Shown here in pieces: positions 20,118-30,065 of a DNA stretch of 64,000 nt. Origin of the DNA: Candidatus Borrarchaeum yapensis (GTDB taxonomy: Archaea > Asgardarchaeota > Sifarchaeia > Borrarchaeales > Borrarchaeaceae); contig JAEOSF010000002.1 of assembly GCA_016840515.1 (NCBI GenBank), forward strand, positions 47,918 through 111,917, written 5' to 3'. Below the pieces are notes generated by a model. It was not told the DNA's origin and ran no database searches. It saw only the letters and a list, made by a program, of their open reading frames with translations. Made by a program: the position numbers and the translations under genes. Each line of letters starts with the position of its first letter. Position 1 is the first letter of the stretch.

Positions 20118-20391
20118 TAAATCGAATATTGCTTTTCCGATGAGAACTTTCCCAGCCCTAGAAAACCGTCATGCGCCTCCTCAAATCTCTCAAGACCTAA
20201 TTTTTATGGTGTTGAAATATTATCTAAAAAGATTCTACCTGAGAATGGTTTTCCAAAGAAAACTGGGAAAAGAATTTCTAACTAGATAAACTGAGGAGTA
20301 GTTCTTCCTGCCTGAAGAACAGGAGAATTGAGGATTATAATAAATGTGGAATGTTATCTAGCATTGCACATTCTTATAAATAATTGTAAGG

Positions 20392-21147
20392 TTAATCTAC
20401 GATGGCTTCAGCAATGTCGATTACCTTAATATTTTTGGCGTTTTCTTTAAGATGGAGCATACACGTCGGACAGGCTGTAACTAACACAGTAGCCCCGGTA
20501 TTTTCAGCTTCAGAGATCCTATTTTGTGCTAATGCTTGTGCTACGCTACTGAAAGAGAGACGCATTCCACTTCCTGCTCCACAGCATTTTGAAGTCTCTC
20601 TTGAATGTTTCATTTCTTCAAGTTTTAGACCTGGGATAGCGTTCAATACTCTTCTTGGCTCTTCTGTAATACCAAGACCTCTCAAAAGATGACAAGGGTC
20701 GTGATATGTGACCGTAACATCTGCTTTTTTCTTAATTTCAATTTTTTTCTCTTCAATCAGTTTAGCAAGAAATTCCGACATATGAACGACTTTATAATTC
20801 CAGTTAGGCAAATATTCTGGATAATGAACTTTAAAGATATAGGCGCACGTTGGACAGCTCGTGAGGATGGTATCAATATCATGGCTTGAGAAAAATTCTT
20901 GATTTTTCTTCATTATTTCTATCGCTGCATCATGTTGACCATTCTCATATAATATGAAACCACAACATAATTCTCTTTTAAGGCTTTGAAAATCGACATT
21001 TGCTTCTTTTAAGATCTTGACAGTCGCTCCCGAAATTTGAGAAGTCACAAATCTGTTCATGCAACCATGAAATAAAAGAATTTTACCCATCTTATTCACC
21101 ACTCTCCGGAGAAAACGCTTGTTCCTGTAATCCAAACGGATTTCCAA
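20392..21147 (-). CDS. lutA: Lactate utilization protein A (CCG-domain Fe-S oxidoreductase LutA/LldE)
   Basis: Two CCG cysteine motifs (CCGF..., CCGAG). Overlaps lutB in an operon. Confidence 0.65.
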   Translation of the reverse strand: MEIRLDYRNKRFLRRVVNKMGKILLFHGCMNRFVTSQISGATVKILKEANVDFQSLKRELCCGFILYENGQHDAAIEIMKKNQEFFSSHDIDTILTSCPTCAYIFKVHYPEYLPNWNYKVVHMSEFLAKLIEEKKIEIKKKADVTVTYHDPCHLLRGLGITEEPRRVLNAIPGLKLEEMKHSRETSKCCGAGSGMRLSFSSVAQALAQNRISEAENTGATVLVTACPTCMLHLKENAKNIKVIDIAEAIVD

Positions 21148-22387
21148 CTTCTTTTATTCTCTTTTCAATCTCTGCAAAAGGCGGAAGAAGAAATCCCTTT
21201 TCGGTTGCGAGATCACGTAGATACTTAAGCAAATCTGGGATCGGAATATCAACTGGGCACACATCGGGGTCACCGCAGCGCTTGCACATTGTGCAGAAGT
21301 TTAATCCCGATTCTATAGTTGTTTCGAGTCCATCTAAAACTGCAGTATGTACAATCCCAATAGGTCCCAGATATGTAGGTCCTCCAAACGCCCTTCCTAG
21401 CATTTCATATGCAGGACATTCATTAATGCATGATCCGCATCCAAGACAATACAAAGATTCTTTAAGCGGTCCTTTGCTTGCTTCGATTCTGTTGTTCTCG
21501 ACTAGAACAACATGGACTTCTTTGGGTCCATGCATCCCTTTTCTAACATTGAACTCAATATCTCCGGTTTTTGATGGACCACTGATCATTGACAAATATA
21601 CGGGAGTTACTTGACCGACGCCATAACTTGCCTGTAATCTAATTTGAGTGAGTGCTACATCGACATCGGGTACGATCTTATTCAAAGGACAAATAGAAAT
21701 ATGAATAGGTGGGGCATTAGATATGAATCTAATGTTTCCTTCATTCTCTATAAGAAAGATAGCGCCCTCTCGAGCTGCTAATGCATTGGCTCCTGATATT
21801 CCGACATCTGCCCTGAAAACATAATCACGAACTTCCCCTCGTGCTTTTGCAATTATTTCATCCACAGTTGCAGTTGGCGGCAGACCAAATAATTTCGCTG
21901 CGTCTTCCTTACTAACATGAACCGCAGGAGCGACAGGATGTGATCCTTTTTCATTTCTCATCTGAACTATCCTGTCACCTAAATCAGTTTCTATTACCTC
22001 ACAGTTCTTAACGTCTTCTAGATATTTCACGAGATCAATTTCGCTTCCAGCATTTGTTTTTGATTTTACAACGAGCTTATTCTCTCCAACTATCTTACCA
22101 ACATAGGTTCGTGCCTCTTGAGGAGTTTTAGCATAAAATACAGTACATCCAACTGCTTCTAAGCCCTCTTTTGCCATCTTAACAAGTTCATCAAATTTAT
22201 CTATCCATTTTTCCTTTGCAGAACGAAGTCTTTTCTTTAATTCCTCTTTAGGCATTTTTTGGAGTGCTTTATGTTTTTCTCCCTTTATTAGATCAAGACC
22301 GTATTGCCTTGCTTTGATCTCTCGTTCTTTTTCTAATGCAATGTCTGCCCTATCTATTAATTCAATAAATGCATCATCTAGGTCCAT
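21092..22387 (-). CDS. lutB: Lactate utilization protein B (LUD domain plus 4Fe-4S; LutB/LldF)
   Basis: N-terminal DUF162/LUD region with a C-terminal CLGCGSCINECP Fe-S motif. Confidence 0.6.
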   Translation of the reverse strand: MDLDDAFIELIDRADIALEKEREIKARQYGLDLIKGEKHKALQKMPKEELKKRLRSAKEKWIDKFDELVKMAKEGLEAVGCTVFYAKTPQEARTYVGKIVGENKLVVKSKTNAGSEIDLVKYLEDVKNCEVIETDLGDRIVQMRNEKGSHPVAPAVHVSKEDAAKLFGLPPTATVDEIIAKARGEVRDYVFRADVGISGANALAAREGAIFLIENEGNIRFISNAPPIHISICPLNKIVPDVDVALTQIRLQASYGVGQVTPVYLSMISGPSKTGDIEFNVRKGMHGPKEVHVVLVENNRIEASKGPLKESLYCLGCGSCINECPAYEMLGRAFGGPTYLGPIGIVHTAVLDGLETTIESGLNFCTMCKRCGDPDVCPVDIPIPDLLKYLRDLATEKGFLLPPFAEIEKRIKEVGNPFGLQEQAFSPESGE

Positions 22388-22574
22388 TTTTTTAACACCA
22401 TTTCTCTTCTCTGGATCTATATTGAGAGAATGAATTATTTAAATAACATAAGACTATATTAGTGAAGGATTAAGAAATTTTAAACTTAAGTTTATCTGCA
22501 TTCCATTAGTTGTATTAATAGTTTTTTCACATTGACTCGTTATCAAACAAATTCAAATTAACTAAGCATTCAGA

Positions 22575-23729
22575 ATGGAGGAAAAACAATTGTCTGGAGA
22601 AAAAGAAACTGTTAAACGTCGAAAAAAACTTGAGAAGGTATGGAGTGACGCTTATAATGACTCAAAAAAGACTATACCTCAACGAAGTGAACGAAGGACG
22701 AAGGCAATTCTTTATGGAGACGTTCCTACTTTCATGGAATTGCCGCATGCTAAGAAGAAAGAAGATCTCAAGGGAATCGATGTTGCTTTTGTGGGGCTTC
22801 CATGGGAGGGGATAAAGCTTCTAGATCCTTGGACTACATTACCTGATACCGCAGCACCTGCACCTCCTGATTCAATTTACTATCGAACTGGTGCAGATAA
22901 GGCGCCGGAAGCTATTCGCAAATACTCAATATTCTACTCAATCAATCACAATTGGGGCTATTTCCCAGAATTGGACAAAGATTTCATTATTTTTAATCAT
23001 ATCAAAGCGGTAGACTATGGTGATGTTGAAGTAGATGTCAGAAATCCTGAAATGTCAATAGAAAACTCGATTCGCAAAATTTCAGAGATTTGCGAAGCAG
23101 GTGCAATTCCTTTAGTATCAGGCGGTGACCATACCATTCCTTATTCTTGTATCCGTGGTCTTATGAACAATACTGATGGAAATATTGGTATGATTTGTTT
23201 TGATTCTCATTTTGACCTTTATTTCGAAGAAGAAATCTCAGCTGCGTCTCAATGGGGACCACTTTTTAAGTTTTCTCAAGTCAATCCAGAGAATTTCTGC
23301 TCTATTGGTATTCGGGGTTTGCGTAACCAACTTCACGAGCGCTATGTAGCTGAAAAATTGGGGGTACAATACTTTACTATGGATGATATATGGCAAGAGG
23401 GGATACAAAAAATCATTAAGAAAGCCCTTAAGGTCGTGGAAAATACAGATGCACTCTATGTTTCACTTGATATCGATGTTGTGGACCCTGCATTCTGTCC
23501 CGCTCAAAAATATCCTGAACCAGGTGGTTTAACTTCCAGGGAAATCATATCCGCACTTCGACAGATCGGCAAGCATAAATTGATAAATGGATTTGACATT
23601 TGTTGTCTAGGGCCACAATACGATACGCAGACAGGGCTATCTGCTCAATTATGCGCACGCCTCTTTATGGAGGTGATGGCGACCATAGCTTGGCAAAAGG
23701 CAAAACACAATATTAGCGAAAGAGATTAA
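22575..23729 (+). CDS. speB: Ureohydrolase, agmatinase/arginase family
   Basis: GGDHTI, DSHFD and SLDIDVVDPAF motifs of the binuclear Mn ureohydrolases. Carries an ~100 aa N-terminal extension. Confidence 0.6.
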   Translation: MEEKQLSGEKETVKRRKKLEKVWSDAYNDSKKTIPQRSERRTKAILYGDVPTFMELPHAKKKEDLKGIDVAFVGLPWEGIKLLDPWTTLPDTAAPAPPDSIYYRTGADKAPEAIRKYSIFYSINHNWGYFPELDKDFIIFNHIKAVDYGDVEVDVRNPEMSIENSIRKISEICEAGAIPLVSGGDHTIPYSCIRGLMNNTDGNIGMICFDSHFDLYFEEEISAASQWGPLFKFSQVNPENFCSIGIRGLRNQLHERYVAEKLGVQYFTMDDIWQEGIQKIIKKALKVVENTDALYVSLDIDVVDPAFCPAQKYPEPGGLTSREIISALRQIGKHKLINGFDICCLGPQYDTQTGLSAQLCARLFMEVMATIAWQKAKHNISERD

Positions 23730-23773
23730 TAAAATAACAGAGACGATAGCAAAAAAAAGAAAGAGTGTTAGGT

Positions 23774-24040
23774 TTATTCCTTCAGTTCGTTTATTGTTAT
23801 TGCTCCTTGCGGGCAGACCTCAGGACATAATCCGCAACTCCAGCATAAAACATCATGTGCTACTACGTCCCAATCATAGGTTATTTTCCCTTTTTCTCGC
23901 TGCTTTGGATAGGTGGCGAAAACCGTTGCAGGGCACTTTTTCAAACAATCATTGCATTCAAAGGGACCTACACATTTTGAATTATCTACCTGAACTTCCA
24001 TTGTGCGCTCAGGCAATGTAAGTGTTCTTAAATGTTCCAT
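23774..24040 (-). CDS. 2x[4Fe-4S] ferredoxin
   Basis: Two CxxCxxCxxxCP motifs. Confidence 0.65.
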   Translation of the reverse strand: MEHLRTLTLPERTMEVQVDNSKCVGPFECNDCLKKCPATVFATYPKQREKGKITYDWDVVAHDVLCWSCGLCPEVCPQGAITINELKE

Positions 24041-24041
24041 G

Positions 24042-24392
24042 TTACCACATCTCCTTCACAGCTGGCACTTCAGCGCGTGGCACCAGTTTTATGGCATCAT
24101 TCTCGCAAGTAACGCGGCAGATGCCGCATCCAAAGCATTTCTTCATATCTATAATGGCTTTTCCCCAATAAGGTGAATAGGTTATAGCATTGAATTGACA
24201 TCGCTTGATGCAATTACCGCACCCATCACATTCATCGAAATCTTGCACCGCCACATACTCTGCTTTCCTATAGAAAAAGTTGTACCAGTCACCCATAATT
24301 TTCCTAATGCGTATAGCACCACAAGATCTGCAGTCATCAATACACATACCAAGTACCGCAGGAGTCTCCAACCCCCTCCAAAAAGATAGCAC
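24042..24392 (-). CDS. Ferredoxin-domain protein, C-terminal part of an interrupted frame
   Basis: CDGCGNCIKRCQFNAI and CFGCGICRVTCENDAI. In the same frame as 24477..24884, separated by a single TAG. The intervening 28 codons have no stop. Confidence 0.45.
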   Translation of the reverse strand: MLSFWRGLETPAVLGMCIDDCRSCGAIRIRKIMGDWYNFFYRKAEYVAVQDFDECDGCGNCIKRCQFNAITYSPYWGKAIIDMKKCFGCGICRVTCENDAIKLVPRAEVPAVKEMW

Positions 24393-24476
24393 ATATCCTT
24401 TCTTATGAACCTTCTCTACATATTCTATGGCTTCCTCTTTGGAAATAAAATCAATACCACCCCTGGTATAGTCAGG

Positions 24477-24884
24477 CTAATCCTTAGCGTATTCTAGACC
24501 AATGTGACCAACGCCTATACATGTCTTATCCTCAAAGTCAGCACCAAAAACCCGTCGACAGATACACTGTACTTTAGTTAGCGGTCCTGACAATTTGAAG
24601 ATCTCTATCGCGTCCTCCAGTGGAACAACCTGCCCTACATGAGGTGCATAGTCAACCCAAGCCTTTTTTGTGCCTTCAACAGCTTGTGTAAAGATTTCAT
24701 CATTCGGAATTTTCAGCATATCAGCAAATTGAAGCCCTCCCATGCCGGCAAAAGTATCTATATTTTGCATGTATTTGTTGTATTCTTCAACTGCCGCCTC
24801 GTCATGAATCCATTCCTTCTCGTAATTCTTTTGATTCAAATACCACTTCTTTCCGTCACCATGTTTTGTACACCAATCGCACAA
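24477..24884 (-). CDS. Cys-containing N-terminal part of the interrupted frame (MCDWCTKHGDGKKWY...)
   Basis: Ends at TAG 24477..24479, and the frame continues into 24042..24392. Either read-through or a pseudogene. Confidence 0.4.
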   Translation of the reverse strand: MCDWCTKHGDGKKWYLNQKNYEKEWIHDEAAVEEYNKYMQNIDTFAGMGGLQFADMLKIPNDEIFTQAVEGTKKAWVDYAPHVGQVVPLEDAIEIFKLSGPLTKVQCICRRVFGADFEDKTCIGVGHIGLEYAKD

Positions 24885-25264
24885 GACTATCTCCCCCTAC
24901 TTACAATTTGTAATTTAATGCATTAAAAATGTTTTTATATACTATTCATACTTTTATACTTTTCATTTGTGTGCCAATTTTCTGATCAGACGAATATGAA
25001 CTAAAATTCGTTAAACTACGGATTTAAATAAGAATAAATACACATTTTTTAATTTCTAAAAAAATCCAAGATCAAGAGATCTTTAAATCATATATCCATT
25101 AAGCAAAAGAAAAGTTCGAAATGTGAAACCAATTGATATGGAATCTTCTCAGGAAATTAACGGAATTCCTAAGTTAGCAGATCAAGGTTGTAGGTTTTCT
25201 TTTCTGATATATTACCAATATGTAGAATTCTTTTTTATATAAGAACGAATTTTATAATCTAACT

Positions 25265-25696
25265 TTGAAAAATATGAAAGGAACGATAAGAATGATCGGA
25301 AAATTACCTGAAAATATATTAGAAGCCATTCTTGAAGCATTGCCGATTGAATTCTCAGTTGTTGATGAGAATAGTGATGTTTTGGCATGGAATAAACACG
25401 AAACACGAATTTTCAAGAGACCTAAAGGCGTTATTGGAAGAAATGTTCGTGACTGTCATCCAAAAAAGAGCCTTGAGAAGGTAGAAAGAATCATAAATGA
25501 AATGAAGGAAGGAACAAGAGATAAAGCCCGCTTCTGGATCGATCTTACGATTGACCCAGAAGGTGAGAAACAGAAAGTTATGATAGAGTATTACGCGTTA
25601 AGGGACGCTAGTGGAAAATACCTTGGTTGTCTCGAAGCATCACAAAATATAACAGAAATACAAAAGCTCAGTGGTGAGAAAAGATTACTTGATTAA
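25265..25696 (+). CDS. PAS-domain protein (small sensor)
   Basis: 143 aa. PAS-like core EFSVVDENSDVLAWN...GRNVRDCHP. Confidence 0.4.
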   Translation: MKNMKGTIRMIGKLPENILEAILEALPIEFSVVDENSDVLAWNKHETRIFKRPKGVIGRNVRDCHPKKSLEKVERIINEMKEGTRDKARFWIDLTIDPEGEKQKVMIEYYALRDASGKYLGCLEASQNITEIQKLSGEKRLLD

Positions 25697-26029
25697 GATG
25701 CAATTAATCTTATTATAGCATTTCTAATCAGAGTTAGTCCAGAAGTTACCAAAGAGCAATATTTATATAGCGCTTTTCTTACACACACCTCAATTAATTC
25801 TCGGAGAGGTTGGGATGCCCTACCAAGGACTTTAGCTGAAGACAGAAATTCCATAGTAAACTGTGGAATGAGAGACTTCTTTTTGTATGTACCAAAGAAA
25901 CAAGTAAATAATCATTCGTTCATCATCCCATACCATAGTGTTTTCAATCTAATGCAAAAGGATCCAGTAGTGCATCTATTTAAAGAAAGCAAAAAGGAGC
26001 TAAAAGAACAAGAATAGGAGGAAGAACAT

Positions 26030-26350
26030 GTGAATACAACTCTGAATAATGATACTTCAGAAGAAATAGACAAAGTTGTGATTACCGTAATCGGTGGCGA
26101 CCGAACTGGTATCGTTGCTGGCGTATCTCAGGTCCTAGCGGAATGTGAGGTTAATATTGAGGATATGAGCAGCACAATCCTACACTATAAGAATAGAAAT
26201 CTTTTCAGCATGATCTTGCTAGGCGATATGTCCAATGCTACTGTGCCGCTAAAAGCACTAAAAGAAAGACTTCGAACAAAGGGCGAAGAATTAGGAGTTC
26301 ATATTTTTACTCTTCACGAAGAGGTTTTCAATTTTATGAATCGCGTTTAG
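26030..26350 (+). CDS. ACT-domain protein (UPF0237)
   Basis: VITVIGGDRTGIVAGVSQVLAE ACT motif. Classic partner of UPF0210. Confidence 0.6.
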   Translation: MNTTLNNDTSEEIDKVVITVIGGDRTGIVAGVSQVLAECEVNIEDMSSTILHYKNRNLFSMILLGDMSNATVPLKALKERLRTKGEELGVHIFTLHEEVFNFMNRV

Positions 26351-26353
26351 GAA

Positions 26354-27751
26354 GTGTATAAAGATATGCCATTACTTTTATCTCCAAGTGAAATTTTAGA
26401 TACCGTTCGTATGTTTTGGCTTGAAAACTTGAACATACGTGCAACCACTTTAGCAATGAACATCCAAAAATATGCTCGCGATGATCCTGATCTTACAATA
26501 TCGCTTTTGGAAACACATTTGCCCCCTTTTATAAAACGCTTTATTGCTGAAATTACTCAAATTGAAGAACGGTTTGGTGTACCTATCGTGAACAAAAGAT
26601 TAGCTGTTACACCTATCGCACAGTTATTAGGACCTATGGTTGAAGATTTAGAAATAAATGAGGGTATCAATGTTGCCTTTAAGATAGCATCCTCATTAGA
26701 TAGAATTGCAAAGGAATCTGGTGTTGATTATGTAGGAGGCTATTCTACTTTTGTTCACAGAGGTTTCACGAAGGCAGATAATATACTTATCGAGTCTCTG
26801 CCAGAAGTGATGAGTAAGACTGATACGGTTTGTGGTTTTGTTAACGTTGCGACAACTCATGCCGGCATCAATTTTGATGCAATTGCTAAAATGGGTGAAA
26901 TTATTCTCAAAGTCGCTCACGAAACACCTAACGGAATAGGCTGTGCAAAATTTACAGTCTTTGCAAACGCTATGGAAGACACACCTTTTATGCCTGGTGC
27001 TTTTGCAAGTCCAGGTGGTCCTGATGCTACAGTGGTCATCGGAATTAGCGGACCTGGTGTGATCAAAGCAGCAATACAAGAAATTGGCGAAAATGCAGAT
27101 ATTGGGAAACTGGCTGACGAGATCAAAGCGGCTACCTTTAAAGTCACCCGAGCAGGAGAATTGATTGGAAGACAAATCGCAAAGGCATTAGGTATTGAAT
27201 TTGGTGCAGTAGACATCAGCTTGGCTCCTGATCCAAATGGAGGCTCGGTTGCCGAGATTATACAGGCAATAGGGCTAGAAGAATGCGGAGGACACGGAAC
27301 TATAGCGGCGCTAGCTATCCTTGCTGACGCCTTGAAGAAAGGCGGCGCGATGGCCAGTAGTTATGTAGGAGGACTCTCTGGTGTCTTTATTCCAATTATG
27401 GAAGATGCTGGAATGTGCGAGGCAGTAAAGAGAGGTGCGATCGACATTACAACACTTCACGCCATGAGTAGTGTATGTGCATTGGGGATCGATATGGTGC
27501 CGATACCAGGAGACACAAGCAAAGAAACGATCTCAGCCATTATCGCGGATCAGATAGCTATTGCCATTGCAAATGATAAGCCAGCTGGAGTGCGAATTAT
27601 TCCAGTACCAAAAAGTTATGGTGGCGAAATGATAGAGTTTGGTGGTTTGATGGGAAAAGCTCCAGTTCTCAATACAAAACCTTATCGATCAGATACCTTT
27701 ATTAAAAGAAAAGGACGTACACCCGCCCCATTTCACAGTTTACGCGGATAG
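26354..27751 (+). CDS. UPF0210 (DUF711/PFL-like) family protein
   Basis: 465 aa with Gly-rich conserved blocks. Conserved gene pair with the upstream ACT protein. Confidence 0.55.
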   Translation: MYKDMPLLLSPSEILDTVRMFWLENLNIRATTLAMNIQKYARDDPDLTISLLETHLPPFIKRFIAEITQIEERFGVPIVNKRLAVTPIAQLLGPMVEDLEINEGINVAFKIASSLDRIAKESGVDYVGGYSTFVHRGFTKADNILIESLPEVMSKTDTVCGFVNVATTHAGINFDAIAKMGEIILKVAHETPNGIGCAKFTVFANAMEDTPFMPGAFASPGGPDATVVIGISGPGVIKAAIQEIGENADIGKLADEIKAATFKVTRAGELIGRQIAKALGIEFGAVDISLAPDPNGGSVAEIIQAIGLEECGGHGTIAALAILADALKKGGAMASSYVGGLSGVFIPIMEDAGMCEAVKRGAIDITTLHAMSSVCALGIDMVPIPGDTSKETISAIIADQIAIAIANDKPAGVRIIPVPKSYGGEMIEFGGLMGKAPVLNTKPYRSDTFIKRKGRTPAPFHSLRG

Positions 27752-27781
27752 CAGGATATTATCCCTTTATTTTCATCTATA

Positions 27782-27984
27782 TGAGCTACCTCACGCTAAA
27801 GCAATGAGGCTTCCTGCTTCAACCATCAGACTCGATCCCCTTGCGGGTTACGGAGGTCTCGATGTTCACAGGCGTGAATTTCCTACGCCCCATAGGTACT
27901 CAGTTACTCTCATATCAATAAAGTATATAAACCCAACGCCATTCATCACCACGCTCAAGCGTTGGTGCTTTCTTGCTTAGTTAC
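27782..27984 (-). mobile_element. IS200/IS605-derived MITE-like element, copy B (inverted relative to A and C)
   Basis: The reverse complement matches copy A along its whole length (left-end hairpin, cctatggggcgtag, gaagcaggaagcctca...gaggtagctca). TTAC adjoins the left end. Confidence 0.6.
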
Positions 27985-28031
27985 CTGTAATCGACAAAAG
28001 GGATAAATACTCAGCAAGGCTGTTTTTCATA

Positions 28032-29447
28032 TTGGAGAATGTCATGAAACTATGTTATGTGATTATTGATGGATTAGCTATTAACTGCTGGGAAACCGCC
28101 GTTAGCTCTCTTAATGGAGGATTTATAAACTATATTAATGATAATGCGTTTAAAGTCCCCACACTTGTAGATATTTTTTCAGTTTCAAGACCAGGTCACG
28201 TTGCCTTTAGTTATAGGTTGTCGCCGTTTGAAACGAATTTAGTAGGCAACAGATTTGTCGACATCGAACAAATGAAGGTGATTAACCCTCCTTTAGATAT
28301 TTTTAAGAAATATAGATCAGTTTTTGATGATTTAAAGGACGCTGGCCACACTTTGCTCGGATTCGGAAATAAGGGATGCGGAATTTCAGAAGGAGGGATT
28401 TCAAAAGAAACGGTAGATCCTGGCGATGAGGGAGGTCAACGTACCCTTCAGCTATACATGCGAATGACTAAGGAAAACGGGTCTTTGTCTACATCTTATT
28501 CACCCTTCCATCAGATTGCAATTCCTTCTGGTATCTATCACAATGGAAAGAGAGAGCCGTTTGACGAACTAAATGAAAGACGTAAGAAAATCAGGGAGCG
28601 TATCTTCGGAGGCGAACACGTAGGAGTAGATAAATTCGGTGAGATGGATGATGTGCTCACGGCAAAGGTCGCAGAATTGATTAATGTATATAATCCAAGC
28701 GTTATCACAGGGACGATCGGTGGACCAGACAAGGCCATCCATACTGATGGAACAAAATCATTAACGGCTGCAGAAGTGTTAAGAAATGCAATTGAAATGA
28801 TACGTAAGTTATTGTTCGCGATGGGAGACGATACTTTGTTTATCTTGACGACTGATCATGGTAACTCCGATACACCAGAAATTTTCCCAATTACTGCAAC
28901 TATCCAACAACTTGCCAGCATGAATGGATTCTCTGAAAACGATTATGCGATCGCAACTGATGGGAGAAGAGGGTTTAGAATATGGTTTACCGAAGACCTA
29001 ATACATTCACGAAGTAAACAGATTCATGAGCTTGTTGATCGGCTGAAAAGGATGCCGGCTAATCGCTGGGTTCATTTCACGCCGGAATATGAAGAAATAG
29101 AAAACATCTTTGGCAAGGACGTTGGTTATAGTCGAGATAAATTTGGACATGTAATCGGAACAGCTAATGAAGGATATGGTTATGACATCATCTATAGAAA
29201 AGCAAATCATGGGGGAATCACGCCAGGGTGCACCCAAATATATACATTCTTCGCATATTTTGACGGGCACAAACTCACAAAGCCTCACTGGATCAAGGAA
29301 AGGTTCCAAAAGTACTTGCAAAATAAGAAGTTGAATATATGGGATATTAGTGCAGTGGCTGTTGAAACTATAGGTGCAGAATTATTTGATTACGAAACAC
29401 CAACTATCAGTGTTGCTGACTTTTTTGAAAGCAAGCTATCCGCTTGA
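28032..29447 (+). CDS. Alkaline-phosphatase-superfamily metalloenzyme (phosphoglycerate-mutase/phosphodiesterase-like)
   Basis: N-terminal VIIDGLA and the LFILTTDHGNSD metal-site motifs of the AlkP core. Flanked by element copies B and C. Confidence 0.45.
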   Translation: MENVMKLCYVIIDGLAINCWETAVSSLNGGFINYINDNAFKVPTLVDIFSVSRPGHVAFSYRLSPFETNLVGNRFVDIEQMKVINPPLDIFKKYRSVFDDLKDAGHTLLGFGNKGCGISEGGISKETVDPGDEGGQRTLQLYMRMTKENGSLSTSYSPFHQIAIPSGIYHNGKREPFDELNERRKKIRERIFGGEHVGVDKFGEMDDVLTAKVAELINVYNPSVITGTIGGPDKAIHTDGTKSLTAAEVLRNAIEMIRKLLFAMGDDTLFILTTDHGNSDTPEIFPITATIQQLASMNGFSENDYAIATDGRRGFRIWFTEDLIHSRSKQIHELVDRLKRMPANRWVHFTPEYEEIENIFGKDVGYSRDKFGHVIGTANEGYGYDIIYRKANHGGITPGCTQIYTFFAYFDGHKLTKPHWIKERFQKYLQNKKLNIWDISAVAVETIGAELFDYETPTISVADFFESKLSA

Positions 29448-29496
29448 ACTACCCCCAGCATGAATTCAATTTATGAGTTAAAAGTTCATTTACAAG

Positions 29497-30065
29497 TAGC
29501 TAAGCAAGAAAGCACCACAGCTTCAGCGTGGTGATGAATTGCGGTAGTGTGTGTGTTCACTTTCATCATGGGGTCTCCTTAATACTTAAATAGTGGTGTG
29601 CCTCTCATACAGTGATGACTATCACGAGGACGGCAGGCAGGGATCGATACAAAACTATGGCTCTTGGTAGCATCACAGCTCATACCATGTTATCCGCTGC
29701 ATTCGGAGGGATCATACGCACACTTGCAGATAAGGTGCATACTCCGATTAAAGTCGAGAGGTGGTTTGCTTCCACCAAAACCTGTTCGCGTTGCGGGAAT
29801 ATCCGGAAAATAGGATTGGATGAACGAGTCTATATCTGTCCGGTCTGTGGTTTGGTGATGGACAGAGATCATAATTCAAGTATTAACTTAGAACACGAAG
29901 GGTTAACACAACAAGTGGTACCTACGGGACGTAGGGATGTTAAGCCTGTGGAGACTGAATCCTCTACTGTGATATCGCTGGAATACCTAAACCGTATTCC
30001 TTATGTGACAGCAAGTTCGGTCATCGAAGCAGGAAGCCTCACTGCTTGAGCGTGAGGTAGTTCAC
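29497..30065 (+). mobile_element. IS200/IS605-family element remnant with truncated tnpB (copy C)
   Basis: Same left and right ends as copies A and B. The internal ORF is a TnpB C-terminal fragment only. Confidence 0.65.
29612..30049 (+). pseudogene. tnpB: TnpB (IS605 OrfB) C-terminal fragment: RuvC-III plus zinc finger
   Basis: WFASTKTCSRCG...YICPVCGLVMDRDHNSSINL is the canonical TnpB C-terminus. The N-terminal ~250 aa are missing. Confidence 0.65.

Noticed and set aside
24477-24479. TAG as a pyrrolysine codon
   Set aside because: This cannot be supported. No pylT/pylS/pylBCD is visible in the window, and the flanking protein is not a methylamine methyltransferase. It is kept only as a read-through/pseudogene finding.
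26696-27216. Two minus-strand ORFs inside UPF0210
   Set aside because: Antisense to a well-supported gene, with no motifs.
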